NCBI RefSeq assembly: GCF_006345805.1
Contig: NW_021833871.1
Span: forward strand, 1-61,515
Source of the DNA: Octopus sinensis
Lineage: Eukaryota
Direction of reading: 5' to 3'
Length of the DNA: 61,515 nucleotides
This document shows, piece after piece, positions 26,390-38,855 of this stretch (position 1 is the first letter of the stretch; each line of letters begins with the position of its first letter). The position numbers and the translations under genes were made by a program. Under the pieces are notes generated by a model. That model saw nothing but the letters and a program-made list of their open reading frames with translations. It made no database searches and had not been told where the DNA came from.

Positions 26390-26612
26390 TATTTCTTTAT
26401 CGCCCACAAGGGGCTAAACATAGAGGGGACAGACGAAGGGATTAAGTCAATCATATTGACCCCAGTGCGTAACTGGTACTTAATTTATCGACCCCGAAAG
26501 GATGAAAGTCAAAGTCGACATTGGCGGAATTTGAACTCAGAAAGTAACGGCAGACGAAATACGGCTACGCATTATGCCCGGCGTCCTAAAGTTTCTGCCA
26601 GCTCGCCGCCTT
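26390..26612 (-). mobile_element. SINE family A, full length
   Basis: Matches 10286-10515 end to end; head ends ...ctgccagctcgccgcctt. Confidence 0.9.
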
Positions 26613-26780
26613 AGTGCAAGCATTAAATCAAATTGGTTGGGCACATTTGGAATGTTGATAATTATTGGTAAGCTCAATAGGAATTGGCTCGGATTTAAAG
26701 AACAACGTGAAAAACTACAATATCATAATAATAATAATAATAATAATAATTATTATTATTATTGTTATTATTTCTACTCT

Positions 26781-26975
26781 ATGCACAAGGCCTTGAAACT
26801 TTTGGGGTGAAAGGGATTAAGTCGATTACATTGATCCCAGCGCGTAACATTATCGACCCCGAAAGGATGAGAAGCAAAGTCAACCTAGGTGGAATTTGAA
26901 CTCAGAACGTAGCGGCAGACGAAACACCGCTAAGAATTTTGCCCAGCGCGCTAATGATCTTACCAGATTTCTGCC

Positions 26976-26977
<2 letters not shown>
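26781..26977 (-). mobile_element. SINE family A, diverged
   Basis: gggattaagtcgattacattgatcccagcgcgtaac...gaatttgaactcagaacgtagcggcagacgaaa. Confidence 0.85.
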
Positions 26978-27032
<55 letters not shown>

Positions 27033-27241
27033 TAATAATAATAATAATAATAATAAATAATAATAATAATAATATAATAATAATAATGACAATAATAATA
27101 ATATAATAATGATAATAATAATAATAATAATGATAAGCATCTATCACAACACTTATATTGAATTTTATGTAGACCTAGCTGCGTTGGCTATCATTTAGTT
27201 AGAGAAAAGGCTGTGTAAATAGGTAATATGTTATTTTTAAT

Positions 27242-27405
27242 AAGGCAACGAGTTGGCAGAAACGGTAGCACACCAGGGAAAATGCTTTGCGGCATTTCGT
27301 CTGTCTTTCCGTTCTGGGTTCAATTTCTGCCGTGGTCAACTTGGAACTAAACCTGGCACGCTGTGCTTACGAACCAAACGTCTTACCATACAGCCATGCC
27401 TGGGC
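27242..27405. mobile_element. Family A head (+, 27242-27340) abutting a family B head (-, 27341-27405)
   Basis: aaggcaacgagttggcagaaacggtagcac...gggttcaatttctgccgtggtcaactt, then ggaactaaacctggcacgctgtg...cttaccatacagccatgcctg. Confidence 0.65.
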
Positions 27406-27521
27406 GACTCTTTCTTTAAAACCAGCATGTTGAATAGTTAAGTCAACAAATATGTTTCGGTCTTATTAAACCTCCTCAGCGAAGCACATTGTACTCACAT
27501 GGTATAACTTAGAAATGATCA

Positions 27522-27567
<46 letters not shown>

Positions 27568-28308
27568 GAAATTTAGTGACGTTAATTATAGTTATTATGA
27601 AGAATGTAAATAAAACTACATTCAAAGCAGTTTAGGATAGCTTCCGGCAAATAACAATGATTCTATGGCATCAACTACATGGAGTTGTGTTGGTGCGTGT
27701 TTGTGTGTTTAAATATTTGCATGTATTCTAATTGCAAAGTTGTTCTATGAACAAAGAAAAATACTACACGTTAATTACGAATGCTTGCGTAAATATTGAT
27801 TAAGTACACACATAATTGCCATTCCTAAATACAATTTCGATGCTTGCAGAGTCTCAGTGCGAGTTCCGTTCGGATGGAATTTATAATATCTTGCCGTGAC
27901 ATTTCCGAATATCACATGTTACATTGTCGCCAGAAGAACAAAGCTTAGCTGTCAGGAGTAGCGTCGTGTAAAGAAAGCAGGCTGATAGACCGGAAGTATA
28001 TTAACGTTCGCTTCATTTGTCACAACGAAACCTCAAGACAGCTCATTAATGAGATTTGTTTTAAGAAAACAAATGTTCTGCGTTGAAAAGACGACTAAAG
28101 ATCTCCTGGGTGGCGAGGAATATTCATCTAATGGTTGCATCATTAGCCGCATAAAATAATGAATATATAATTATCAATGTTTATGATGTGCCTGCCGTGC
28201 ATCTATGGATGATTTGTGTGAGTAAGTACATACGCACGTACACACAGGTAAATACATAAATGTGTGTGTAAATACATGAGTATGTATGTGTGTGCGTGTT
28301 TATGTGTG

Positions 28309-28358
<50 letters not shown>

Positions 28359-28589
28359 TGGGATTTCGTTATTTTGTTCTCTTTACCATATACGAGTTAC
28401 AAATTCTGTTTGTTTGTGGAGACTTTTTTTTTAGTAGGAGAAATAGTGATCTATTTGGCTGCTATTTCTAATATTTTCGGTATTTGGTTTTGAGCAACTT
28501 GCTGCAATTAACCCTTTATCATAATTAATATAATTCTTATCAAATTTGGTCTTTTCCATACCGAAAAATCTGCTCGGTGAAATTATTAA

Positions 28590-28671
28590 TTTTATTAATT
28601 AATTATATTCACCCTTTTTGTATATATGTATATATATATTATATATATATATATATATTATATACATATAA

Positions 28672-28706
<35 letters not shown>

Positions 28707-29230
28707 ATTTATATTTATATATATTATATATAATATATATAAATAATATATATATATATGTATATATATATTATATATATATATAATATATATATATTTA
28801 TTATATATATATATATATATATAATATATATATACATATAAATATATATATATATATTATATATATATATTATACATATAAATATATATATATATATATC
28901 ATATACTATAATAATCTATATATAATATATATATATTATATATATATATATTTAGATATATATATATATATATTATATATATAAATAATATATATATATT
29001 GTAATATATATTATATATATATATAATATATATATATATTTATTTATATATATATATATACATATCTAAATATATATATACAATAAATATTATTATATAT
29101 ATTATATATATATTATACATATATATATATCTATATATATGTTAGTATTATACATATAAATATATATATATATATAATATAAATATCTATATATATATAT
29201 ATATTATATAGTTATATCTATATATATAAT

Positions 29231-29262
<32 letters not shown>

Positions 29263-29270
29263 ATATATTT
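28590..29270. repeat. ~680 bp almost pure (TA)n-derived tract
   Basis: Read directly; only scattered C/G. Confidence 0.95.
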
Positions 29271-30250
29271 ATATGCTATATATTAATGCACGTACACAAC
29301 TATACTGGCAGGGAGAAAAATGAATGCTATTCCTTGATGCATTCCTGTAACAGAAAACAACATTTGGAATGAAGTATGAAGACAACTGTATAAGATATTT
29401 AGGAATATTTCGAACTGGTTCGTGTTTATGCAGCAAGGTGTGTGTGTGTATGTGTGTCTGTGTCTGTGTGTGTGTGTGTGTGTGAGTTCCTCTTAAGTTC
29501 ATCCTTATACATTTCCGATAGAATTTAGAGCCAGCAACGAAAGTTACCATATTACGAATACTTCTTTGTAAACAATGCGATCGACGATAGAAAAGTAAGT
29601 AATAGGTGTATATGCCTATTTCGGGAGTCATTGCACTTTCATCAGTGTCACATTCAACCCATTAGTCTTCCACGAACACAATGCTTAAATAGCCACTACG
29701 TTTAGCGGTGTAACAGTTTTGAAGAGACCGATTTAGGCATATATGCACGCATAAATGCATTCGTTGAAATGGCTTTGGAAACATTTGTCTCTTTATCGTA
29801 AGTCAGCATCAAAAGATGAGCGGATCACGCGTGTTGTTGATCCCGGCTAAATCAAAATATAGCACTGGGCGTGTAGAAAGCAGTGTTTCGTATAAATAAA
29901 CATTTAGATCAGTTGAAACATGTTTGTCCCAAACTTGTTTAACTAGATTTAAACATTTGTTTATTCGCAACAATTCTTTCCCGCGACCACTACAATAAAA
30001 TTTCTCCTTTTTATCCAATTATCAGAAGATGTTTTCATGCACAATTCACACGAACGCTAGATTTCAGTTCCCTGATAGTTTATTATCGGATCAGCAAAAC
30101 TCAGGTCATACTGTTCTTTGCAGTTCAGTTGACTTCACTGCCTTAAGGCACTTGTGAAATACGATCGCTTCGTTGAGGTTTCAAAATTTCACCATAATGT
30201 TGTGTCAAACCGGTCTTTTCTGAAGGCGCGTTTTACACAATAAATATACA

Positions 30251-31400
30251 GGATTTTTGAAACCAAAAGTTATTGAAAATGTTGAGAAACGAAACAAAGA
30301 TGTGTCAGCAGTAGAATTGTGTATTTCTGAGAAATTACTAGGATATCAAGAAAGATAACGAAAATATTTCAAACAATGCTAAAGAGCAAATTTTTGTTTT
30401 TCATCAATAAAGTGCTTACAATAGAAGAAAATAGTTGCAGTGAAGTTATTTGTAAGTAGTCTAAACAAAATTTGTGTTGCTCGTACAGCTTCCCAAATCT
30501 ATGCACAGGATGCAATGTCGAAATCAAAGAAGTTATGGGGCGTTATGTTCATGAGACGAGAATTCAGATAGCACAAATAGCAGTTTTCGGATCCCAATGA
30601 TAACATTTTAGTTTCATTAGTTTGTAATAAAAAATTGGCAGAAGACAGGTCATAAGGTTTTTTGTTCTGGGAACATGGACAAAAGATTACAAACCCTATT
30701 ACTTTCGAAATGCCAGAATATCGCACGATGAACTAAGAACGGTAAACAAAAGAATTTTTTATGGGCACCACTGGTCTACGGTTGATTTTATGAGAATACT
30801 GCTACCAAAAGATGAATAACGTATAGAATTATTATCCATCTGCATACACAATGCTGGGTGGATAAGAGAAGATGTAGAAAATAATGAAAGTGTGTTTGAA
30901 ATTTATGAAATGGGGGAATACCAAGTTTAAAAACCGTTGGGTTGCTTCGGACCAGTATAGGGAACATTCAGAAAAGGCTGTCGTTGATAACGTTCGATCA
31001 TAACCCACTCACATCGCTATCATATCCGGAGGAATGTCCAAGTGTTTTGCAACATTTTGATGTTAGCATCAATAAGACATTTAAGGTCGTTCTGTTAATC
31101 AGTGGAATAATAATAACTGGATGTGAAATGGAGATAAAAACAACAACAAAATAATACTTAGAAGAAGGGAAGCTTTATGCTGGCTCCATCACTGTTTCTG
31201 ATCTGCGAATGGATCGTTGATTCATTGAAGGAAATAAAATCTGACATTATTGTCAAATCCTTGAAGAAATGTGGTATTTAGAATGCATTGGATGGCACAC
31301 AAGACGATTATTTGCGAGACGATGTGGATGAAGAAATGGCTGATAGGCTACGAACGAGAATGAAGATGATCCTTACGATGATATCATTTATCCAGATGAT
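30251..31400 (+). pseudogene. Decayed pogo/Tigger-family transposase (Brinker-type HTH and DDE_1 remnants)
   Basis: Across frameshifts and stops: GFLKPKVIENVEKRN...CISEKLL (30251-), GNMD...TPITFEMPEYRTMN...GTTG (30669-), GGM-SVLQHFDVSINKTFK (31028-31085), DIIVKSLKKCGI*NALDGTQDDYL (31245-31314). These are typical pogo motifs in the expected order. Confidence 0.8.
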
Positions 31401-31967
31401 TGCGAAAATTTATTTGGTGCTGAATATTGATGAGTGAGATTTTGAAGAATTTTAATGAACTTTTCTGCCTGAAATATTTAAAATAGACCACGTTATTTTA
31501 ATTTAAATTTGTATAAATTTCTACTTCATATTTTTGTATGCATGAATATAACATGACTAATTCACTCTCATTTGTATCATCATTATTTAGTTTTATGTGT
31601 GGATTATATTTTATGGTCTTAAGCTGCCTTAAATTTACTAAAAATAAAATTGTAACAATGAATGGAAGCCCCTAATCCAGCCATAAAGAAAGGGAAGAAA
31701 AGGCTTTCGCTAAGATTGTTGTTTTCAAGGAGAGTGCTATATGTGCCTGTATGCCCTTCATCAATTTTAGTATTGAAATCTTTTAGCTGTATTGAATTAA
31801 TTAGGAATAAAAATGCAGTACTGATATGGAAACCTGTGATAAATGTAATTTTAAGCCAAAATATAAAAATTACATGTTTAGAGATTTGAGCAAGTGATGC
31901 TTGATCGTCGACAGTTGACCGACCTGGTGAACGAGATGGCTATAAAAGCATAATGAGTTAGTAGTAA

Positions 31968-32356
31968 TCTCTCTATATATAAAGCTGAAGTTGTCTGTGT
32001 ATGGCAGGTTTGGCAGCCTTCAACTAACACTTTCTCCCTCGAGATCCTGCGGCGCAAGTTGACCAAAATTGAGAGCATGATAGAAGAAGGCTTGCTCTTC
32101 ATTCTGTAGAAGAAAAAATTCAAATCGGACCACGTTAACACCAAAATTTTTTACATCAAAAAGGTACTTTTGTCTATGAAAATCCCTATTTTTACGATTT
32201 TTTTACTGCTGTGTCGCCATTTTTCGGTGTATTTCAACCAGAAAAATGTTCACTTAAAGAGAATAACAAGCTACATAATGCACACTTTGTACTTTTCAAA
32301 AATTCTATTTCTAAAGGGTTGAAACAAACCCGAGCAACGCCGGCCGATACTGCTAG
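31968..32356 (+). mobile_element. Non-autonomous Helitron (389 bp)
   Basis: Starts A|TCtctctatatataaagc; ends cccgagcaacgccggccgatactgCTAG|T (subterminal imperfect hairpin, CTAG, insertion between A and T, no TSD). Confidence 0.85.
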
Positions 32357-34542
32357 TATATAATAATTATAACATACAAACTGATTTGACTGCGACAAAC
32401 ATAGTCAGAAAGCAAACGTAAATATTGATAAGAATCACGTAGCATTACTACCGAGCATTATTTCGTGTAAGCGGAAGCAGACTATTGTCGCTCGTCTTTG
32501 TGTGTTTGCAAAATTGCTGGAAAACTACTGAACGGATTTTCACCAAATTTGGCAGAAATACTCATTGGGTGAGTGGCTCGAACTCATTATTTTCGTTTGA
32601 CTATCTTCAAAACTGACAGACGGGTGAATCAAAATGCTTGATTTTTTCTTTCTTTGTTTACAGATGTATAAACGATAAGCAGGGAAGATAACTCTTGATG
32701 TCACTTTGTTGAAGTATGAGAATATATTTATTAAATTAAATTTTATATTATCCTTGTGTATGCAGAAGATATGCACTGTCCCTCCGATGCCTTCCATCCA
32801 CCCACCCCCCATTTATGGTTGTGGTTAATTCGTAGAACATGTGAATCTATGTATTACTGTAAATCAGTGTGATTTATTTTTCCATTTATTTCGCGATTAT
32901 GTCACATTCTGTTGCTGTTTCATTATCATATAAAACTTTTGGGCTACTGTGGTTGTTCTCTTACTGAAACATTCGGCTCCAGGAATTGGCGTTGGAATAA
33001 ATCTTCCGAGACTTTGATTTAACACTCAGTTAAAAGCACCTAGCAATCGACATGCACTTAACTCTCAGCAACACTAAACAATGCTTAGTGTTGTTTACCC
33101 TGTTCAATTCCTCGCAACATTTCGCAGAAACGCGTGTGAACTCTTTCTGTTTGTAGCCGTTCTCAATGTAATCAGATTCTTTGTAACCCAACTAGAAAAT
33201 TGCTAATTATTTTAAAATCTTTATTAAACATTGTTTTTCCCTTATTTTCTTTTTAGTCTTTTTCGTTGGGTTTGAACCAATAACATGCCTTCGTCCATTA
33301 ACGTTTAAAGAATTGAATTTCAGCATCTCATCATCACAAGGAAATGATGATTGGTGAACCGTAGCTTTGGGTTGAATTTTGTCTTGTGGTCATAAAGGGA
33401 GGCTGTTTTTCTCTTTTGTTATTTCATTTTATATCGGTTTATATTGATATCAACTAATGTCTTTCACATCTCGTGTTGTTTTTTTTTATATTCTGTGTTT
33501 AAATGTATTCTGGTACCGCCTAAATGTAGGATTAAGCAAGCAGAAAATATACATGCTGGTCTGAGATAACAGTTCGTGTCAGGACATTTACATCAATGTC
33601 TTTACCTCTCACACGACAAGACATACACACACACCTATACACACGTTAACACATAAAGAAACATGCGAACATATCCACACACACACACACATACACATGC
33701 GGACACACACGCACTAAATATTGATACAAAGGTGCTTTGACTTATACACAGAAACACATATATACACACAAACACCTTAAAAGCGAAGTGCATTCCTTTT
33801 TTGCACTCTCATCTATAGACATTAGGAAGCTGAGGTATAAAAGACTGTCACGCACAGACACAAACACACACACACACACACACACACCATATACACACAC
33901 CATACATAGACGCATACACACAGACACTTTATCGTTTGCAGATACACTAATTAAGATTTTAAAACCTAGACATAATTCAATGAACGTGTGTAGACACGCA
34001 CGCAAAAACCTCTTAATATTGCGAACACGCTTTGCACAGTGACATCGATGCACAATTATCAAATGTTTGTATGGAAACAATTTTAAAACCCCAGAATTGA
34101 TTTTAAACATGCAAACAGAGTAAAGATTTTTGATGAGGGTATTATGATCGATTAATTTAGTGCGAGCACCAAGTGATACTTGATTTTATCGATCAAGTTC
34201 AAAGTTGACATCAGTACAATAGGAAATTGTAACACGCAACACTACGAAACAAAAGAGCGTACGAGAGACTATGTTTGCGGTCGATAGATAGCGGTTAAAT
34301 CGGACTGCATTTACTCCCGGGTGTCTCAAGAGTGGAAAGGTGAAATTAGTTGATTTAGTCCCACCGAAAGAGATTCATTCACACGCGCGCATTAACTGAT
34401 TGTAATACGATGAAATAAACGCATGAACTATCTTCGACGAACACACACCGACGCGGAGCAATGCAGGAACAACAACAAGGGAAGAAAAACAACAACAACG
34501 CCAACATCATCATCATCATCATCATTATTATTATTATTGTTA

Positions 34543-34777
34543 CCTATTTCTTTACTACCCACAAGGGGCTACACACGGAAGGGACACACAAGGACAGACA
34601 AACGGATTAAGTCGATTATATCGACCCCAGTGCTTAACTGATACTTATTTAATCGATCCTGATAGGATGAAAGGCAAAGTCGACCTCGGCGGAATTTGAA
34701 CTCAGAACGTAACGGCAGACGAAATACGGCTACGCATTTCGCCCGGCGTGCTAACATTTCTGCCAGCTCACCACCTT
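34543..34777 (-). mobile_element. SINE family A, full length, young
   Basis: Very close to 10286-10515. Confidence 0.9.
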
Positions 34778-34786
34778 ATCATTATT

Positions 34787-35148
34787 ATTATTACCTCCGC
34801 CTTAGCGAAGGCAGATGTATTGTTTAGAGAAGTGTTTGTTTGTTTGTGCGTGGAGGAGATATCTCTCAAGAATCACTGAAGGGATTCGGATGAAACTTTC
34901 AGAGATGTTTAGCCTAGTGACTGCCACGAATTGATTGGATTTTAGGATCGATCCGGTACCGGACAAGGATTCTAGATTATTTTTCCAGTTTTTTTTTTTT
35001 TTACTAAATTTTTTTAGAAAGGTCTCGTTCGTTTTTCGTATTCTCGTTTGTGAGAGCTGTAGAGTTTATTTCAGATATTCTCATTTGAAAAATCATCGTT
35101 GATACGACATTGGTATTTCCTTGGTGGAAGCTTGCACTCTCTCAGTGC

Positions 35149-35150
<2 letters not shown>
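34787..35150 (+). mobile_element. Helentron-associated (HINE/DINE-1-like) non-autonomous element
   Basis: 5' attacctccgcc and 3' inverted ttggtggaagc subterminal repeats, terminal hairpin gcactctctcagtgc, internal (gttt)n, T-rich flanks. Confidence 0.55.
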
Positions 35151-35189
<39 letters not shown>

Positions 35190-35711
35190 GAGTGAGAGAG
35201 CAGTTCATGCCATCAAAGTGACACTGGGGTAAAATATACGAAGCCCAATATATCCATCATGACTACCCGTCTGATAAGGGTACATCAGGCACATGCATCA
35301 CAACCATATGTGCGCGACATGGTGATCTCATATCAAGATAAACTGCACATGACCTTGCAGGTGGGGCCCAGTTAGAATTTTCTTCTGGTTGAGTAGCCCA
35401 TCCTGATCAAACGGTCCCTGAATAAGGGTTGTTTAAGGATGTTGAAAAAACCACCTATGTCTCCAGAGGTGAATTATTCAAACCCCAAAGAATCCCTCTC
35501 GACACATGGCTATGATGCTCCCCCACTACTTCTGCTCGTGATCAGAGATGCACATATCGTCAGCCACTACGGGACATGCTCAACTGGTTACGGTCAAACA
35601 ACTGACAAGCAAATCTGTGGTATTGAGCAGAATATTTGCTGTAGCCCATCTTTTATACCAAGACAAAACAATGTACATGATAACACTTCCAATCAGTTAA
35701 GATCAGAAGCC
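35190..35711 (-). mobile_element. Unclassified 522-bp interspersed repeat embedded in (ATT)n
   Basis: (ATT)n on both sides (35149-35189, 35712-35763). An internally deleted relative lies at about 44555-44645 (gatcagagatgca...tctgtggtattg...atttgct). Confidence 0.65.
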
Positions 35712-36369
35712 TATTATTATTATTATTATTATTATCATCATCATCATTATCATTATCATTATCACTTCAAATGTTGGGGAATGCTAGCAATATTCGGTGG
35801 CGCGGAGTGGTGCAGGTGAGTTAGTCCACAATGTCATCACTGGTATATGACTGGTACATTTTCACATTTTTCGAGTAAGAAAACGGAAGATGGACAATGC
35901 GGAGAATGGCGGCACTTGAACTCAGAACGCTAAGAGCCGGAAGAAAATGCTGCTAAGCATTTATGGGCGACGTACCACCAATTCAGCTAGATTATTGAGA
36001 GATTTTTAAACTTTGCTATACAATTTCATATCAAAGCGAATATGTAAGAAATTGAGAAACACGAGGCCCATGTGCGAGAACTGGAGATATATCGAACGAC
36101 GATCGTGGCAGCTGTTTCTGTGGTGATTGTTGTGTTCGACACAGCACCGAAACGAGCTATCTTAGAGACTGAAGGTCATTGGGATTGAGGCACGGATTAT
36201 CGGCCTCTCGAAAAGTGATGTTCAGTATTTCAAGATTCTTCAGAAAGACTCTTGAGACGTCGAATTGTATTCTGCTAAACTAATATCAACATAACTTCCT
36301 CGTGAATTAAATTAGATTTTACGCATTAGTAATGATGCTGACGACGACGACAATTATTATGACAATAAC

Positions 36370-36403
<34 letters not shown>

Positions 36404-36428
36404 GTAGTAGTAGTAGAAATAATAATAA

Positions 36429-36478
<50 letters not shown>

Positions 36479-36513
36479 TTAGTAATAATAATAATAATAA
36501 TAATAAAAATAAA

Positions 36514-36566
<53 letters not shown>

Positions 36567-36685
36567 GTATAGCAGCAACAGTATCCACAATAGTAATAAT
36601 AACATTAGCAACATCAAGAAGAAGAAGAACAAGAACAACAACAACAACAACAACCATAACAACAACGTTGATGATGATGATAGAT

Positions 36686-37015
36686 GAAAATTACATAGAA
36701 AGTGAGAATTACCTGATCATGAGGAATTTTCCCATAAAGACTGACCGTGCTAGGGAAGCAAGAAGACCGGATGTGATCTTAGAGGACAAAAATAAAAAAA
36801 GAATTGTGTGAGATTATAGATTTTGCAGTTCTTTCTGATAGCAGAGCCGATACCGAAGGAATTGCAACAAAATTCAGAAATATCAGGATTTAACCAAAAA
36901 AAAAAAAAAAATTGCAGAGACGTTGGGAAACGGAGACAACGATTATTCCTGTAGGAAATTGGTGCACTTGGCACAGTACTCAAAATGTTATCTAAAACAC
37001 GGAACAGTTTGAACA
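36686..37015 (+). mobile_element. Decayed R4/Dong RLE fragment (different subfamily)
   Basis: ENYIESENYLIMRNFPIKTDRAREARRPDVILEDKNKK...IIDFAV...KYQDL...PVGNWCTWHST-like region; follows an (AAT/AGT/AAC)n tract. Confidence 0.7.
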
Positions 37016-37151
37016 AGCGGTAGCAGGGGGACAAATACCTACACAAACACACACACACACACACACACATACACACATGCACACACACACACACACACAC
37101 AGAGGCACGCACATACCGACTCACACATATGACAAGCTTCATATTTTTAAG

Positions 37152-37415
37152 TGAAGGCGCGTGGCTTAGTGGGCTAGTAATCGGTGAGTTCGATTCCTTC
37201 CAGCAAGACATTTTCTTTCACGCTGCTTCTGCCCACTCGGCTGGGAAAAATGAGTGGTACCTGTAATTCAAATGGATCAGGTACTACCCTGAGATTAAGG
37301 GTACACGTGTCTATGGAAGTGCTCGGCTTTTTGCAAGTAAATCTCGTGAGTAGGTTATTCTGTTGATCGGTTAAACTGGAACAATCATTGTCGCAACCGA
37401 CGGAGTACCTAGTCA
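37152..37415 (+). mobile_element. Diverged tRNA-derived SINE related to family C
   Basis: tgaaggcgcgtggcttagtgg head (as family C), gagttcgattcc B box, cccactcggctgggaaaaatgagtggtacctg central domain. Confidence 0.6.
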
Positions 37416-38110
37416 TATTTGTCAAAACTATTTAGAAATTTAAACTGACTAATAGCTGGAACTACGGTTTTAAGGATAAACAAATTAGGAGTTGGCAAGA
37501 AAAGAATAAAAGGTGCAAAAACAGGTGACTATGTGATCCTCAGTGCAAACAAGATGCGCGTCTTGGACGAGGAGAATATACGTGGTTCTTTTGGGGATGG
37601 GAAAGAAGGAAGAGGTGATTTTGGGTTGAGAGAATGACGTGTGAAATGGGTATGAGGGAGAGAAAGGAGCGCAAGTGATGAAACGGATGAATGAGGAAAA
37701 ACGGGAATAGAACGATTGATAGAAATCTACAGATATGAACAGGTGGGGGTGTAGAAAAAAAACAATGATAGAAAGATAAAAAGGAGGCCTGTATTTAAAG
37801 AAAGGTTCGTAAATATTATAGATAAGAGAAAAGTTATAGTTTTTTTTAGATTTAAATGCGAGATAGAGGACGCAAGTGAAAGTTACGCAAGGAGAAATAA
37901 GAAAGTATAGAAAGGTAGATTGAGAAGAAGGCCTAGATAGAATTGGAGATAGAAAGATGGGGAACTGAAGGTGGGTTAGGCAAATATTTAAGATGATAAA
38001 GAGATACAGGGAACTGAAAAGGATGGGCTGAAAATGCAGCGTATATATATACATGCATACGCATATATATACATGCATACACACACACACCACACACACA
38101 CGCGCACACC

Positions 38111-38189
<79 letters not shown>

Positions 38190-38233
38190 TATATATACAT
38201 ATATACATGCATATACATATATGCATGCATATA

Positions 38234-38540
38234 TATGGTTACGGCAGCGGACTCGCGGTCGTAGGATCTCGTTTTCGATTCCCAGACCGGGCGTTGTGAG
38301 TGTTTATTGAGCGAAAACACCTAAAAGCTCCACGAAGCTCCGAAGGGGGGTGGGGGGGGGGGTGGCGATCCCTACTGTACTATTTTGCCACAGCTTTCTC
38401 TCACTCCTTCTTCTGTTGGCCTGCTCGCTTAGCCAGCGAGGTGGCGTCATTTGAAGGCTAAAACAATGCAAAGCGCATTGTTGCCAGCGATGTGTAGCAG
38501 CATCTGATAGTGTGGTCGGTCACGGTGATCACGTGATATA
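38234..38540 (+). mobile_element. tRNA-derived SINE family D
   Basis: gcggactcgcggtcgtaggatctcgttttcgattcccagaccgggcgttgtgagtgtttattgagcgaaaacac. Its 3' part (gcattgt.accagcgatgtgta.ca.catctg.tag) recurs at about 45830-45880. Confidence 0.65.
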
Positions 38541-38610
38541 TTTATATGAAAGATAGATAGATAGATAGACAGTGACAGATGAATAGATAGATAAATAGAT
38601 AGATAGACAA

Positions 38611-38695
<85 letters not shown>

Positions 38696-38793
38696 CAGAC
38701 AAACAGACACAGACAGATAGATAAATAGACAGACAGACAGATAGATAGACAGACAGACCGACTGCTATATATATATATATAGATAGGTAGATT

Positions 38794-38855
<62 letters not shown>

